From the IMG/VR virus record IMGVR_UViG_3300040811_000687: a stretch of 64,000 nt of DNA; one strand, given 5' to 3'. This stretch comes from a virus. The notes under the pieces are model-generated. The model worked only from the letters and a program-made list of their open reading frames with translations. It did not search any database and had not been told where the DNA came from. The translations under genes and the position numbers were made by a program. Shown here piece by piece: positions 1-9,931 of this stretch (position 1 is the first letter of the stretch; each line of letters starts with the position of its first letter).

Positions 1-1
1 T

Positions 2-796
2 GCCGCTTTAGATATTAATTACTGTATGACTAACTCTTATTCAACTTCTTGTCAAACAGATATGCCAACTTCATGGTTTTCAACAACACAAGTTACACCC
101 TCAGCAGGCATATCATCATCACAACAGACAACTGTAAACACAGCAAGAGCAAAAACTCAAAATGGTAATGCCATTTATATAACTCAAAGTGGTGTTGGTA
201 TAGATTTAGATATTGTACAAGACGGTAATGACAACTTAATTATAGGTAAAGATTTAACATCATCTGGTTCTATTCAAGGTGACTATAATGAAATAACATT
301 AACACAAAAGAATAATGATAACGTATTAGGTATTGATGTGAATGGCAATTCAAATGATGTAGATGTATGGCAAGATACAGGACAAAGAGCCATAGTTGAA
401 ATAACAGGCAATTCAAATACTTTAGATTTAGAACAATTACATTTAAGTAATAGTGGAGAACACTTTGCTAGAGTTGAAGTAAATGGTAATAGTAATTCAT
501 TAACAATAGACCAAAAAGAAACTGGTGATAAGATACTATTTTTAGATGTAGATAATAGTAATAATGTTCAAGTAGATCAAAAAGGTACAGGCGATCATTA
601 CCTAAATATAATACTAACTGACAGTCATACGCTAGATATAACACAAGATGGTTCTGGTAGCCATGACGCCCACATTAATTTGAGTGGAAACAATACATCA
701 ATAACATTAACACAAGATAGTAGTACAGATCAAAACTACTATTTGGAACAAAACTGTGTATCTGCTAGTTGTTCAGCTACAGTAACACAAAATTAA
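2..796 (+). CDS. Curlin-like (CsgA/CsgB-type) repeat protein, 5'-truncated by the window edge
   Basis: Frame is open from nt 2. Repeated ~22-aa units of the form [ILV]xQxGxxN (IYITQSG, LDIVQDGNDN, VQVDQKGTG, LDITQDGSG); N/Q/G/T/S-rich. Confidence 0.7.
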   Translation, partial: AALDINYCMTNSYSTSCQTDMPTSWFSTTQVTPSAGISSSQQTTVNTARAKTQNGNAIYITQSGVGIDLDIVQDGNDNLIIGKDLTSSGSIQGDYNEITLTQKNNDNVLGIDVNGNSNDVDVWQDTGQRAIVEITGNSNTLDLEQLHLSNSGEHFARVEVNGNSNSLTIDQKETGDKILFLDVDNSNNVQVDQKGTGDHYLNIILTDSHTLDITQDGSGSHDAHINLSGNNTSITLTQDSSTDQNYYLEQNCVSASCSATVTQN

Positions 797-805
797 GGAG
801 AAACT

Positions 806-1177
806 ATGGATATTAAAAAAATATTTACTTGGTTGCCGATAGCACTTGCTTTGATTGGTTCTTTATATACTGGAATAAATGTTATCAGTAAACTAAACAA
901 CACTATTGAACAACACACTATTGCTATCTCAAATTTAGAACAATCTTTGGGTTCAATAGATGAACGATATAAAATTGAAATTAAAAATCTAACACAAAAA
1001 TATAGTGAAGGAAGAGAAGAATTATTCCGTGAGGTGACATTTCTTAATACAGAGATTGCCCAAGCAAGAGCAAAAGTAGAGGCGTTAGACAACTCATATT
1101 ACAAAGTAAATGACGCAGTAAGAGATTTAGGTTATGAACTTAAAGACTTCAAACGAGAAGTCACAGGAGATTATTAA
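806..1177 (+). CDS. Hypothetical protein, N-terminal TM helix plus coiled coil
   Basis: SD AAGGAG upstream; hydrophobic N-terminus followed by heptad-rich region. Confidence 0.75.
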   Translation: MDIKKIFTWLPIALALIGSLYTGINVISKLNNTIEQHTIAISNLEQSLGSIDERYKIEIKNLTQKYSEGREELFREVTFLNTEIAQARAKVEALDNSYYKVNDAVRDLGYELKDFKREVTGDY

Positions 1178-1178
1178 C

Positions 1179-1622
1179 ATGGAGGTACTTAGGATGGCAC
1201 CAAATAAATTTACTTTGTTGATATTAGTATTACTTTTTCTATTTACTATTTTAGTTAAACCTGCTAACGCAAGAAACGATTACTTACAATATGATAATCA
1301 TTGTCAAGGACCAACTTTAGAACCTTACATGGAATATTCACAAACAGAGAATATTGGTAGAGGTTCATCAACAAGTGGTTATGATGATGATAGAGGAACA
1401 GTAGGCGTAAGATTAAGAATACCATTGACTTCAACTTGTTCAAAAGAATATAGAAAAGTGTTTAATGAAAACGCATTGTTAAGACAACAATTAGAAATGT
1501 TAAAAATGTGTTCTCGTTATAAAAACCTAGAACTACCCGACCAGTTTGCTGAAGTGAGAGAGAAGTGTGATGGTATAAAAAGAAAACCAGAGGCAGATGA
1601 ACCAGAGGTAGATGATAAGTAA
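1179..1622 (+). CDS. Hypothetical secreted protein (start 1179 or 1194)
   Basis: Signal peptide ending ANA; four Cys; SD upstream of both candidate starts. Confidence 0.7.
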   Translation: MEVLRMAPNKFTLLILVLLFLFTILVKPANARNDYLQYDNHCQGPTLEPYMEYSQTENIGRGSSTSGYDDDRGTVGVRLRIPLTSTCSKEYRKVFNENALLRQQLEMLKMCSRYKNLELPDQFAEVREKCDGIKRKPEADEPEVDDK

Positions 1623-3435
1623 AATATTCACACACTGGACTATAGCATTTGTAACTTTATTTGTTATTACATTTATAGGTTTAAAAGACCCACAAGTCAA
1701 AGAGATATTAAGACTTAAAGGTTTTGATTTACTTCTTCAATCAGAAAAGAAAGAACTATCACAAGATATAGGTGTTATTACAATTGATGAAAAGGCCATA
1801 GAAAAATATGGACAATGGCCTTGGAAGCGAGATATACTTGCTGATGTCATTATCAAACTACGAGAAGCTGAAGTAGGTATCATTGTATTACCTATATTAT
1901 TTAGTGAAGAAGATAGATTAGGTGGCGACAACGAATTAGCAGAGGTATTACAATATGGTGTGGTCATATCACAAGTAGGAACAACACAAACAAATAAGAA
2001 TGCCGTACCTAGAGGTATTGCTAAAATTAATGATCCTATGGCCTATATGTTTGAATGGCCAGGTATGTTAGGACCTATACCATTGTTAGGTGAAAAGGCA
2101 AGTGGTGTTGGTGTTGTAAACACAGTACCTGAAATAGATGGTGTTGTAAGAAGAATACCATTGATTATGAAGATTGGAGATGAGACCTATCCAGCGATGG
2201 CAATAGAGGTCATAAGAGTGGCCACTGGCGCTCCAAGCTATCAGGTGAAGGCAGGAGAAGGTGGTATTATCGCTATGAGAGTACCTGGTTTCTCTACAAT
2301 AAAGACTGATCCAAATGGCCGTATATGGTTAAGATGGAACAAAGAATATGATACTATCAGTCTAGCAGATTTAGACCAAGTTGGCAAGTTTAAAGGTAAG
2401 ACTGTTATTATAACTACCACGGCAGAGGGTTTAAATTCAATAGTGGCAACTCCTTTAGGTGAAAAATATATGTATGAGATAACTGCCTCAACATTATCAA
2501 CTGTATTAGATGGTAAGAATATAACAAGAGTTGATATTAGTTTTATATCAGAATTAGCTGTTGCCTTTTTACTAGGTTGTGTTATCATATTAATGACTAG
2601 ATTTGCTCCGTATTGGGTTATAGGAATAAAACTTTTATCTTGGTATGTTATAGCAGTATGGTTAAGTTATTACTTTTTTACAAAACATTTGATGTTAGTA
2701 GATGTAAGTTGGATTTTAATTACAATAACTATCGTAGGATTTCATTCCGTATTCAATAGATTTATTTTAGAGTTTAAATTAAAACAACAAATTAAAAAAC
2801 AATTTGAACACTACTTAGCACCAGCAATGGTTAAGAAATTACAAAACAATCCAGAATTATTAAAACTAGGAGGTGATACAAAAGACATGACTTTTTTATT
2901 TTGCGATATAAGAGGTTTTACTCCTATTTCAGAAAAGTATCAAAGTAATCCACAAGGTCTTACAAAAGTTATTAATAAGTTTCTAACACCTATGACAGAT
3001 ATAATAATGAAGAATAATGGAACAATTGATAAGTATATGGGTGATTGTATTATGGCATTTTGGAACGCTCCTTTAGATCAACTTAATCATAGATCACTTG
3101 CAGTTGATTCAGCAATAGAAATGATAAAATGTTTAAAAGAGTTAAATGATAATGAACATTTTGGGGAAGGCAATCACATAAATATAGGTATAGGAATAAA
3201 CTCTGGTCCTGCTGTTGTAGGTAACATGGGTTCTAAACAAAGATTTGATTATTCTGTTCTTGGTGACGCCGTAAATCTAGCAAGTAGATTAGAAGGCATA
3301 AGCAAAAATTATGACACAACTTTAATAGTAGGTTATGATACTTACAAAATGATAAGAAACAAGTACGATTGGAAGAAATTGGATATGGTTCAAGTTAAGG
3401 GCAAATCCAATAAGGTATCAATTTACACAATCTAG
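1612..3435 (+). CDS. CHASE2-domain class III adenylate/guanylate cyclase
   Basis: IDEKAIEKYGQWPWKR and DGVVRRIPL (CHASE2), three TM helices, then FCDIRGFT, IDKYMGDCIMAFW, GDAVNLASRLEG. Confidence 0.93.
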   Translation: MISKIFTHWTIAFVTLFVITFIGLKDPQVKEILRLKGFDLLLQSEKKELSQDIGVITIDEKAIEKYGQWPWKRDILADVIIKLREAEVGIIVLPILFSEEDRLGGDNELAEVLQYGVVISQVGTTQTNKNAVPRGIAKINDPMAYMFEWPGMLGPIPLLGEKASGVGVVNTVPEIDGVVRRIPLIMKIGDETYPAMAIEVIRVATGAPSYQVKAGEGGIIAMRVPGFSTIKTDPNGRIWLRWNKEYDTISLADLDQVGKFKGKTVIITTTAEGLNSIVATPLGEKYMYEITASTLSTVLDGKNITRVDISFISELAVAFLLGCVIILMTRFAPYWVIGIKLLSWYVIAVWLSYYFFTKHLMLVDVSWILITITIVGFHSVFNRFILEFKLKQQIKKQFEHYLAPAMVKKLQNNPELLKLGGDTKDMTFLFCDIRGFTPISEKYQSNPQGLTKVINKFLTPMTDIIMKNNGTIDKYMGDCIMAFWNAPLDQLNHRSLAVDSAIEMIKCLKELNDNEHFGEGNHINIGIGINSGPAVVGNMGSKQRFDYSVLGDAVNLASRLEGISKNYDTTLIVGYDTYKMIRNKYDWKKLDMVQVKGKSNKVSIYTI

Positions 3436-3544
3436 GAGGCTGTCTGATAAAAAGGATAACGTTTACTTTCATAAAGTTTTTTTTATGTTGGTGTTTATTA
3501 TGGACATGTACACAAAATATAAAGTCAGATACAACATCAACTAT

Positions 3545-3552
3545 TATAAATA
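3545..3552 (+). promoter_or_regulatory. T4-type late promoter TATAAATA
   Basis: Exact match, 6 nt before ATG 3559. Confidence 0.75.
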
Positions 3553-3558
3553 TAGCTG

Positions 3559-3996
3559 ATGAGTGAGAATACAGAAATTCAAGTACGATTAGCAGAATTA
3601 ACCAAAGATGTCAAACAGGTTAATAATATTCAAAATAGACTTGATACTGCTATTGACAAACTAACAGATGTTTCTACACACATTAAATCTATGTTGGCCG
3701 TACACGAGGAGAAGATTGAACACCAGGAAAAGATAGATGATGTGATATTCTCCAAGCTAAAGATAAGAGCCAGTGAGACGATAAGTATAGAAAAAGAACT
3801 TTCCGATAAGATACAGGAATCTGAAAAACGTATAAGGGAAGAGTTACTTGAACTAAAAGGCGAATTCCGTGGTAGAATTAGTCTATTAGAAAAGTACAAG
3901 TGGATTATCATAGGTGCTTTCATAGCCGTTGAATTTATTACAGTTTTAATGGTATCCAAAAAAGGTATGTTACCACTCTTTGCCATTTTCAAATAA
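3559..3996 (+). CDS. Coiled-coil protein with C-terminal TM anchor, upstream of primase
   Basis: Heptad pattern; KWIIIGAFIAVEF TM segment. Confidence 0.75.
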   Translation: MSENTEIQVRLAELTKDVKQVNNIQNRLDTAIDKLTDVSTHIKSMLAVHEEKIEHQEKIDDVIFSKLKIRASETISIEKELSDKIQESEKRIREELLELKGEFRGRISLLEKYKWIIIGAFIAVEFITVLMVSKKGMLPLFAIFK

Positions 3997-4089
3997 AATC
4001 GCTTCTCCAGGACTAGAATAAGTAGGTCCGTGAATAAGCGCAGGAAACCTCGGTGCTATTTTTTACGCTGGAAAGTCGCTCAAATAAGC

Positions 4090-4118
4090 TTGACTATTTG
4101 ATATAAATGGTGTATAGT
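4090..4118 (+). promoter_or_regulatory. Sigma70-type promoter
   Basis: TTGACT-17 nt-TATAGT upstream of primase. Confidence 0.75.
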
Positions 4119-4128
4119 AATATTTACT

Positions 4129-5130
4129 ATGTCGTCTTATATTGATCTAAAATTCATCAACCAACTATCAGGCCGATTACAACAGTTTAAGCAAAAGACA
4201 GATTATCTGTTTAACTTCCGTTGTCCTCATTGTGGTGATTCTCAAAAATCTAAAAGTAAAGCAAGAGCCTATTTTTATAGAGTAAAAAATGATATGTTTT
4301 TTAAATGTCATAATTGTGGCCAAGGTCAAAGTTTTGCAAACTTCTTAAAATTCATAGACCCTAAAGTATATACAGAGTATCTATTAGAAAGATATAAAGG
4401 GTCAGCACCATCTACAAAGAAACCAGATTGGCAGTTTGAAAAACCTGTATTTAAAATTAATATATTAGAAGGACTAAAAACAATAAAAGAATTACCTGAA
4501 GATCATATAGCAAAAGAGTATTGTAATAAGAGAAAGATACCTGAAGAATTTTATGAAAAGTTGTATTATGCAGAGGAATTTCAAAAACTAGTTAACAAAG
4601 TTAAACCAAATACATATAAAACTCAATATGATCACCATAGAATTGTTATTCCTTTTTACGATACAACTGGTGAGTTATTTGCCTTTCAAGGTCGTGCATT
4701 AGGAAAAGAAAATCCTAAATACTTGACAATAAAACTAAATGAAAATAAACAAAAAGTTTTCGGTTTAGAACGTATAAATTTTCAAAATCATGTATATATA
4801 GTTGAGGGTCCATTTGACTCATTGTTCGTTAGCAATTGTATCGCAGCTGCTGGCGCCGATTTGCAGTTAAAAAACAAAGTACCTAACAATAAAATAACCT
4901 ATATATTTGACAACGAGCCAAGAAACAAAGAAATTATAAATCGTATGTATAAAATGATTGAACATGATTTCAACATCGTTATATGGCCTGAAGAACAAAC
5001 ACTAAAAGATATTAATGACATGATAATTAGTGGCTTGACAAAACTTCAAATTAAAGATATAATAGACAAGAACACTTATTCACAATTGAGTGCTCTTACT
5101 AAACTTAACCACTGGAAAAAAATTAAATGA
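4129..5130 (+). CDS. gp61: DNA primase (T4 gp61-like)
   Basis: NFRCPHCGDS...CHNCG zinc finger; VEGPFDSLF and DNEPRN Toprim motifs. Confidence 0.95.
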   Translation: MSSYIDLKFINQLSGRLQQFKQKTDYLFNFRCPHCGDSQKSKSKARAYFYRVKNDMFFKCHNCGQGQSFANFLKFIDPKVYTEYLLERYKGSAPSTKKPDWQFEKPVFKINILEGLKTIKELPEDHIAKEYCNKRKIPEEFYEKLYYAEEFQKLVNKVKPNTYKTQYDHHRIVIPFYDTTGELFAFQGRALGKENPKYLTIKLNENKQKVFGLERINFQNHVYIVEGPFDSLFVSNCIAAAGADLQLKNKVPNNKITYIFDNEPRNKEIINRMYKMIEHDFNIVIWPEEQTLKDINDMIISGLTKLQIKDIIDKNTYSQLSALTKLNHWKKIK

Positions 5131-7436
5131 CAAACGATATAAACATTAAAGTTGAAAAGAGAGGTGGTAGAGGTTTAGAACCACTTAATATAGAAAAGAT
5201 ACATGAAATGGTTGAGTATGCCTGTGAAGATATAAAAGGCGTATCAGCTTCACAAGTAGAAATGAGCAGTGGTTTACAATTCTATGATGGTATTACTACA
5301 AACGATATACAACAAATTTTAATTAAGTCTGCTTCAGATTTAATTTCACTAGACAATCCAAACTACCAATACGTGGCAGCCAGATTACTATTGTTTAGTT
5401 TAAGAAAACAAGTTATTGGTAGACTATGGGATCACCCAAATATTTACGATCACGTAGAGAAATGTGTTAAATTAGGAGTATACGATCCAGATATCCTAAA
5501 CAAATATGCTAAAAAAGATTTTAGCAGAATGCAAAACTGGATTACTCACGAAAGAGATAACAACTTTACATATGCAGGATTAAGACAAGTAATAGATAAG
5601 TATCTTGTACAAGATAGATCAAGTGGAGAAATATATGAAACTCCACAATTTATGTATATGATGATAGCTGCTACACTTTTTCAAAACTACGATAAAGCAA
5701 GGAGAATGACCTATGTCAAGAAATATTATGACTCGATATCCAATTTTAAAATTAATATACCAACACCTGTTATGGCTGGTGTTCGGACTCCTATTAAGCA
5801 GTATGCTAGTTGTGTACTTGTTGATACAGACGATACTTTACCTAGTATCTTCTCTAGTGACATGGCTGTTGGAAATTACGTTGCACAAAGAGCCGGTATT
5901 GGAATCAACGCAGGACGAATACGTGGAATCAATGCAAGAATCAGAGGAGGTGAAGTACAACATACAGGCGTTATTCCTTTTCTCAAAAAATTTGAAGCAA
6001 CGGTCAAGTGTTGCACTCAAAATGGTGTTAGAGGAGGCTCAGCAACTGTACACTTCCCTATTTGGCACCAAGAGATAGAAGATATTATTGTTTTAAAGAA
6101 CAACAAAGGTACCGAAGATAACAGAGTTAGAAAGTTAGACTATTCAATACAGATTAGTAAATTATTCTATGAAAGATTTATTAATGAAGAACAAATAACA
6201 CTATTCTCTCCTCACGAGGTGCCTGAATTATATGAGGCATGGGGAACACCAGAATTTGATGAATTGTATTTAAAAGCAGAAAGGAAATTAAGTATTAATA
6301 AGAAAAAGATAAATGCACAAAATTTATTCTTTGACCTTTTAAAAGAAAGAGCAGAAACAGGTCGTATTTACATAATGAATATAGATCACTGTAATACACA
6401 CTCCTCGTTTAAAGATACTATTAAAATGAGTAATCTTTGTCAAGAGATCACACTCCCTACCACTCCTATACAACATATAGACGGTCCAGGAGAGATTGCA
6501 TTGTGTATTCTATCAGCAATCAACGTAGGTAAAATCAACAACCTAGATGAACTGGAAGAACTATGCGATCTTACAGTAAGAGCATTAGAAGAAATTATAG
6601 ACCATCAAAAATATCCAGTAAAAGCGGCCGAGATATCTACAAAAGCAAGAAGATCATTAGGTGTAGGTTATATTGGTCTTGCACATTATCTGGCAAAAAC
6701 AGGTTATAAGTACGAACAAAAAGGTGCCTGGAGAGAAGTAGATAAACTATCAGAGGCATTTCAATATTATCTATTAAAATCTAGTAATGAGATTGCACAA
6801 GAAAAAGGTCAGTGTGAACTATTTCATAGAACAAAATATGCAGACGGCATATTACCAATAGACACATACAAAAAAGAAGTAGACGAATTAGTAACTCGTA
6901 AACTTTCAATGAAATGGGACAAATTACGAGCAGACATTAAAGAATTTGGGCTAAGACATAGTACTCTATCAGCCCAAATGCCTTCCGAGTCTTCTAGTGT
7001 GGTTTCAAATGCAACAAACGGCATTGAACCACCTAGAGACCACTTATCAGTTAAGAAAAGTAAAAAAGGCACATTGAAACAGATAGTACCAGAATATAAT
7101 AAATTAAAGAATTTTTATACTTTATTATGGGATATGCCTAGTAATGAAGGATATATAAATATAGTTGCAGTAATGCAAAAGTACTTTGATCAAGCTATAT
7201 CAGGTAACTGGTCATATAATCCAGATAATTACGAAGACAATCAAGTACCTGTATCTGTTATGGCACAAGACTTGTTAACAACTTATAAATACGGTTGGAA
7301 AACATCTTATTATCAAAATACTTATGATAGTAAAAAAGATATTGAAGAGCCTAAACACTCCATAGATTACGATACACCAATTACAACAGAAACTCCACAA
7401 GAAGACGAGGAGAATTGTGATAGTTGTACAATATAA
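5127..7436 (+). CDS. nrdA: Ribonucleotide reductase class Ia alpha subunit
   Basis: ATP cone, PTPVMAG, SCVL, SNLCQEI, C-terminal CDSC. Confidence 0.97.
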   Translation: MTNDINIKVEKRGGRGLEPLNIEKIHEMVEYACEDIKGVSASQVEMSSGLQFYDGITTNDIQQILIKSASDLISLDNPNYQYVAARLLLFSLRKQVIGRLWDHPNIYDHVEKCVKLGVYDPDILNKYAKKDFSRMQNWITHERDNNFTYAGLRQVIDKYLVQDRSSGEIYETPQFMYMMIAATLFQNYDKARRMTYVKKYYDSISNFKINIPTPVMAGVRTPIKQYASCVLVDTDDTLPSIFSSDMAVGNYVAQRAGIGINAGRIRGINARIRGGEVQHTGVIPFLKKFEATVKCCTQNGVRGGSATVHFPIWHQEIEDIIVLKNNKGTEDNRVRKLDYSIQISKLFYERFINEEQITLFSPHEVPELYEAWGTPEFDELYLKAERKLSINKKKINAQNLFFDLLKERAETGRIYIMNIDHCNTHSSFKDTIKMSNLCQEITLPTTPIQHIDGPGEIALCILSAINVGKINNLDELEELCDLTVRALEEIIDHQKYPVKAAEISTKARRSLGVGYIGLAHYLAKTGYKYEQKGAWREVDKLSEAFQYYLLKSSNEIAQEKGQCELFHRTKYADGILPIDTYKKEVDELVTRKLSMKWDKLRADIKEFGLRHSTLSAQMPSESSSVVSNATNGIEPPRDHLSVKKSKKGTLKQIVPEYNKLKNFYTLLWDMPSNEGYINIVAVMQKYFDQAISGNWSYNPDNYEDNQVPVSVMAQDLLTTYKYGWKTSYYQNTYDSKKDIEEPKHSIDYDTPITTETPQEDEENCDSCTI

Positions 7437-7456
7437 ATTAATAAATAAAGAGAATT

Positions 7457-8560
7457 ATGAGTAAATCAGTTTTTAATAAAGAAAAAGGAATAAATCCTAC
7501 TAAACAACAAATGTTTTTTGGTAAAGATTTATCTGTACAAAGGTATGATACTTTTAAATATCCTATCTTTGATAAACTTACTCAACAACAACTTGGTTAT
7601 TTTTGGAGACCTGAAGAAATATCTTTACAGAAAGATAGAAACGACTATTTGGATTTATCCGAAGGCCAAAAGTTTATCTTCACTAGTAATCTAAAATACC
7701 AAACTATGTTAGACAGTGTACAAGGAAGAGGTCCATGTTTAGCATTTTTACCTTTTGTATCACTTCCAGAATTAGAGGGTGCCATAATAGTATGGGACTT
7801 TATGGAAACAATTCATAGTAGAAGTTATACATACATAATCAAGAATTTATATTCAAATCCGGCAGACGTTTTTGACATGATTTTAGAAGATCAAAAAATT
7901 GAGGAACGAGCAGCCTCTGTAACTAAAACTTATGATGATCTAATTAAAAAAGGATATGAATGGACACTATCACCAGATAAGGTTGATCTATATGAACTTA
8001 AAAAGAAAATGTACCTTGCAATGGTATCAGTTAATATACTAGAGGGTTTAAGATTTTATGTATCATTTGCTTGTTCATTTGCATTTGGTGAATTAAAAAA
8101 ACTAGAAGGCTCTGCTAAGATTATATCTTTTATCGCAAGAGACGAAAGCCAACACTTAGCAATGTCACAAAGAATAATTAACAATTGGAGAGACTATGAA
8201 AATGATAAAGACTTTACGAAAATTATTAAAGAAAGCGAAAAAGAAGTTTACAAAATGTATGACCAAGCTGTAAACGATGAGAAACGTTGGGCAACTTATT
8301 TGTTCAGCAAAGGTTCTATGATTGGTCTATCAGAAAAATTATTACACCAATTTGTAGAATATATGGCGAATAGACGTATGAAAACGATAGGTCTAACACC
8401 TGCTTATGATCAAAAAACTAATCCACTACCATGGGTAGAACACTGGTTAAATAGTAGATCAGCTCAAAATGCACCACAAGAAACAGAAATTGAATCTTAC
8501 GTAGTTGGTGGTATAAAACAAGACGTTACTAAAAATCAATTTAAAAAATTTAAACTGTAA
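7457..8560 (+). CDS. nrdB: Ribonucleotide reductase class Ia beta subunit
   Basis: FWRPEE, ETIHSRSY, LEGLRFYVSF, RDESQH, APQETE. Confidence 0.97.
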   Translation: MSKSVFNKEKGINPTKQQMFFGKDLSVQRYDTFKYPIFDKLTQQQLGYFWRPEEISLQKDRNDYLDLSEGQKFIFTSNLKYQTMLDSVQGRGPCLAFLPFVSLPELEGAIIVWDFMETIHSRSYTYIIKNLYSNPADVFDMILEDQKIEERAASVTKTYDDLIKKGYEWTLSPDKVDLYELKKKMYLAMVSVNILEGLRFYVSFACSFAFGELKKLEGSAKIISFIARDESQHLAMSQRIINNWRDYENDKDFTKIIKESEKEVYKMYDQAVNDEKRWATYLFSKGSMIGLSEKLLHQFVEYMANRRMKTIGLTPAYDQKTNPLPWVEHWLNSRSAQNAPQETEIESYVVGGIKQDVTKNQFKKFKL

Positions 8561-8730
8561 TGGATAAAGTCTCAAAACACTGTTCCAATTGTCAGACTAA
8601 ATATACTATAGAATGGGACGAGGACAAATATGATTTGCCTCCTTTAACATGTCCCTTTTGTGGATATGAGGTAGAAGAAGAACATGACAGTGAAGTACCA
8701 GACGAAGCCGAACACGAAAGTTGGAATTGA
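8560..8730 (+). CDS. Small zinc-ribbon protein, 56 aa (not in ORF track)
   Basis: MDKVSKHCSNC...CPFCG with acidic tail; TAATG coupling to nrdB. Confidence 0.8.
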   Translation: MDKVSKHCSNCQTKYTIEWDEDKYDLPPLTCPFCGYEVEEEHDSEVPDEAEHESWN

Positions 8731-9247
8731 TTATAGTTTAACAAGTCCGGCTATCTGTATAAATGATGGCCAACTAAATTTTTATTACCTAACTACTAAA
8801 AAAAAGTGGATAGGAAAACAAAGTGATAATATAATTGGTTATGAACATAAAGAATGGACAGACCCTATTGAAAGATTTACTTATATTTCAGATTTTGTAT
8901 TTAATATACTGTCTACCATTAATACTCCTAAAGAAATTTACATTGAAGGCTATTCGTATGGTTCTAAAGGCCAGGGTCTTTTTCAAATTGCTGAGAATTG
9001 TGGCATCCTCAAATACAGGATACTTTCTAACGGTCTTAATTACAATACAGTTGTACCGAGTGTTGTTAAAAAAGGCGCAACAGGAAAAGGAAACGCAGAC
9101 AAAGACATGATGTACGAGGCCTTTCTAAAAGAAACTAAAATTGATTTGAAACAAATATTAGATACTGAAAAATGTGGTAATCCTTTATCTGATATTGTTG
9201 ATAGTTATTATATACAAAAGGTAGGACATGAAAATAAAAGTAGTTAA
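8684..9247 (+). CDS. RuvC-like Holliday junction resolvase
   Basis: GIDYSLTSPAI, IEGYSYGS, KKGATGKGNADK, DIVDSY. Confidence 0.8.
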   Translation: MTVKYQTKPNTKVGIDYSLTSPAICINDGQLNFYYLTTKKKWIGKQSDNIIGYEHKEWTDPIERFTYISDFVFNILSTINTPKEIYIEGYSYGSKGQGLFQIAENCGILKYRILSNGLNYNTVVPSVVKKGATGKGNADKDMMYEAFLKETKIDLKQILDTEKCGNPLSDIVDSYYIQKVGHENKSS

Positions 9248-9931
9248 AAGTTGGTATTTACCAGACTATGACACACATTTTGAGTCTATGTTAAAAGAAG
9301 TCAATGGTGAATTTACATATCAACAATCACATAGAGATTATGTTTTAGAATTTGTAGATAAGTTTGATGTTGCAATTGATGTAGGGGCTAATGTAGGTTT
9401 CTGGTCAAAAGATTTTTGTAGAAAATTTAAAAAGGTTTGGGCATTTGAACCTGTTTATGATATATCAGATTGTTATAGAAGAAATATGGCAGCTTATGAT
9501 AACTGGCATTTAGAACAAGTAGGTTTATCTGATAAACAAGGTGAGAATGTACCTTTGTATAGAGGTATAGAAAACTCAGGTGGCGGGTCTTTAGTTGAAG
9601 GTTTTGAAAGTGCGAGTAACAAAGTTGAACATATAGATATTAAAATGTTGAATAATTATATTAATGATTTTGATACTGTAGATTTGATAAAGGTAGATAT
9701 ACAAGGCCATGAATATCAATTTTTAATGGGTGCATTAGAATTTTTAAATAAGTTTAGTCCTACATTATCATTAGAATTGCCAATAAGAACAGACGAAGAA
9801 ATATTAATTAAAAAACATTGTGTAAAATTATTGGAAGATATTGGTTATAAAGAGGTGGGCAAACATATAAAAGATACGGTATTTAAAAAATGAATATTGC
9901 AGTTGTAACAACATGAAAATAAAAGTAGTTA
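9226..9931 (+). repeat. 21-bp direct repeat ACATGAAAATAAAAGTAGTTA at 9226-9246 and 9911-9931
   Basis: Two identical copies read directly; each contains a start codon. Confidence 0.9.
9228..9893 (+). CDS. FkbM-family SAM-dependent methyltransferase
   Basis: IDVGANVG, WAFEP, LIKVDIQGHE. Confidence 0.9.
   Translation: MKIKVVKSWYLPDYDTHFESMLKEVNGEFTYQQSHRDYVLEFVDKFDVAIDVGANVGFWSKDFCRKFKKVWAFEPVYDISDCYRRNMAAYDNWHLEQVGLSDKQGENVPLYRGIENSGGGSLVEGFESASNKVEHIDIKMLNNYINDFDTVDLIKVDIQGHEYQFLMGALEFLNKFSPTLSLELPIRTDEEILIKKHCVKLLEDIGYKEVGKHIKDTVFKK

Noticed and set aside
5127-8560. Introns, inteins or homing endonucleases in nrdA/nrdB
   Set aside because: Both ORFs are continuous and of normal length
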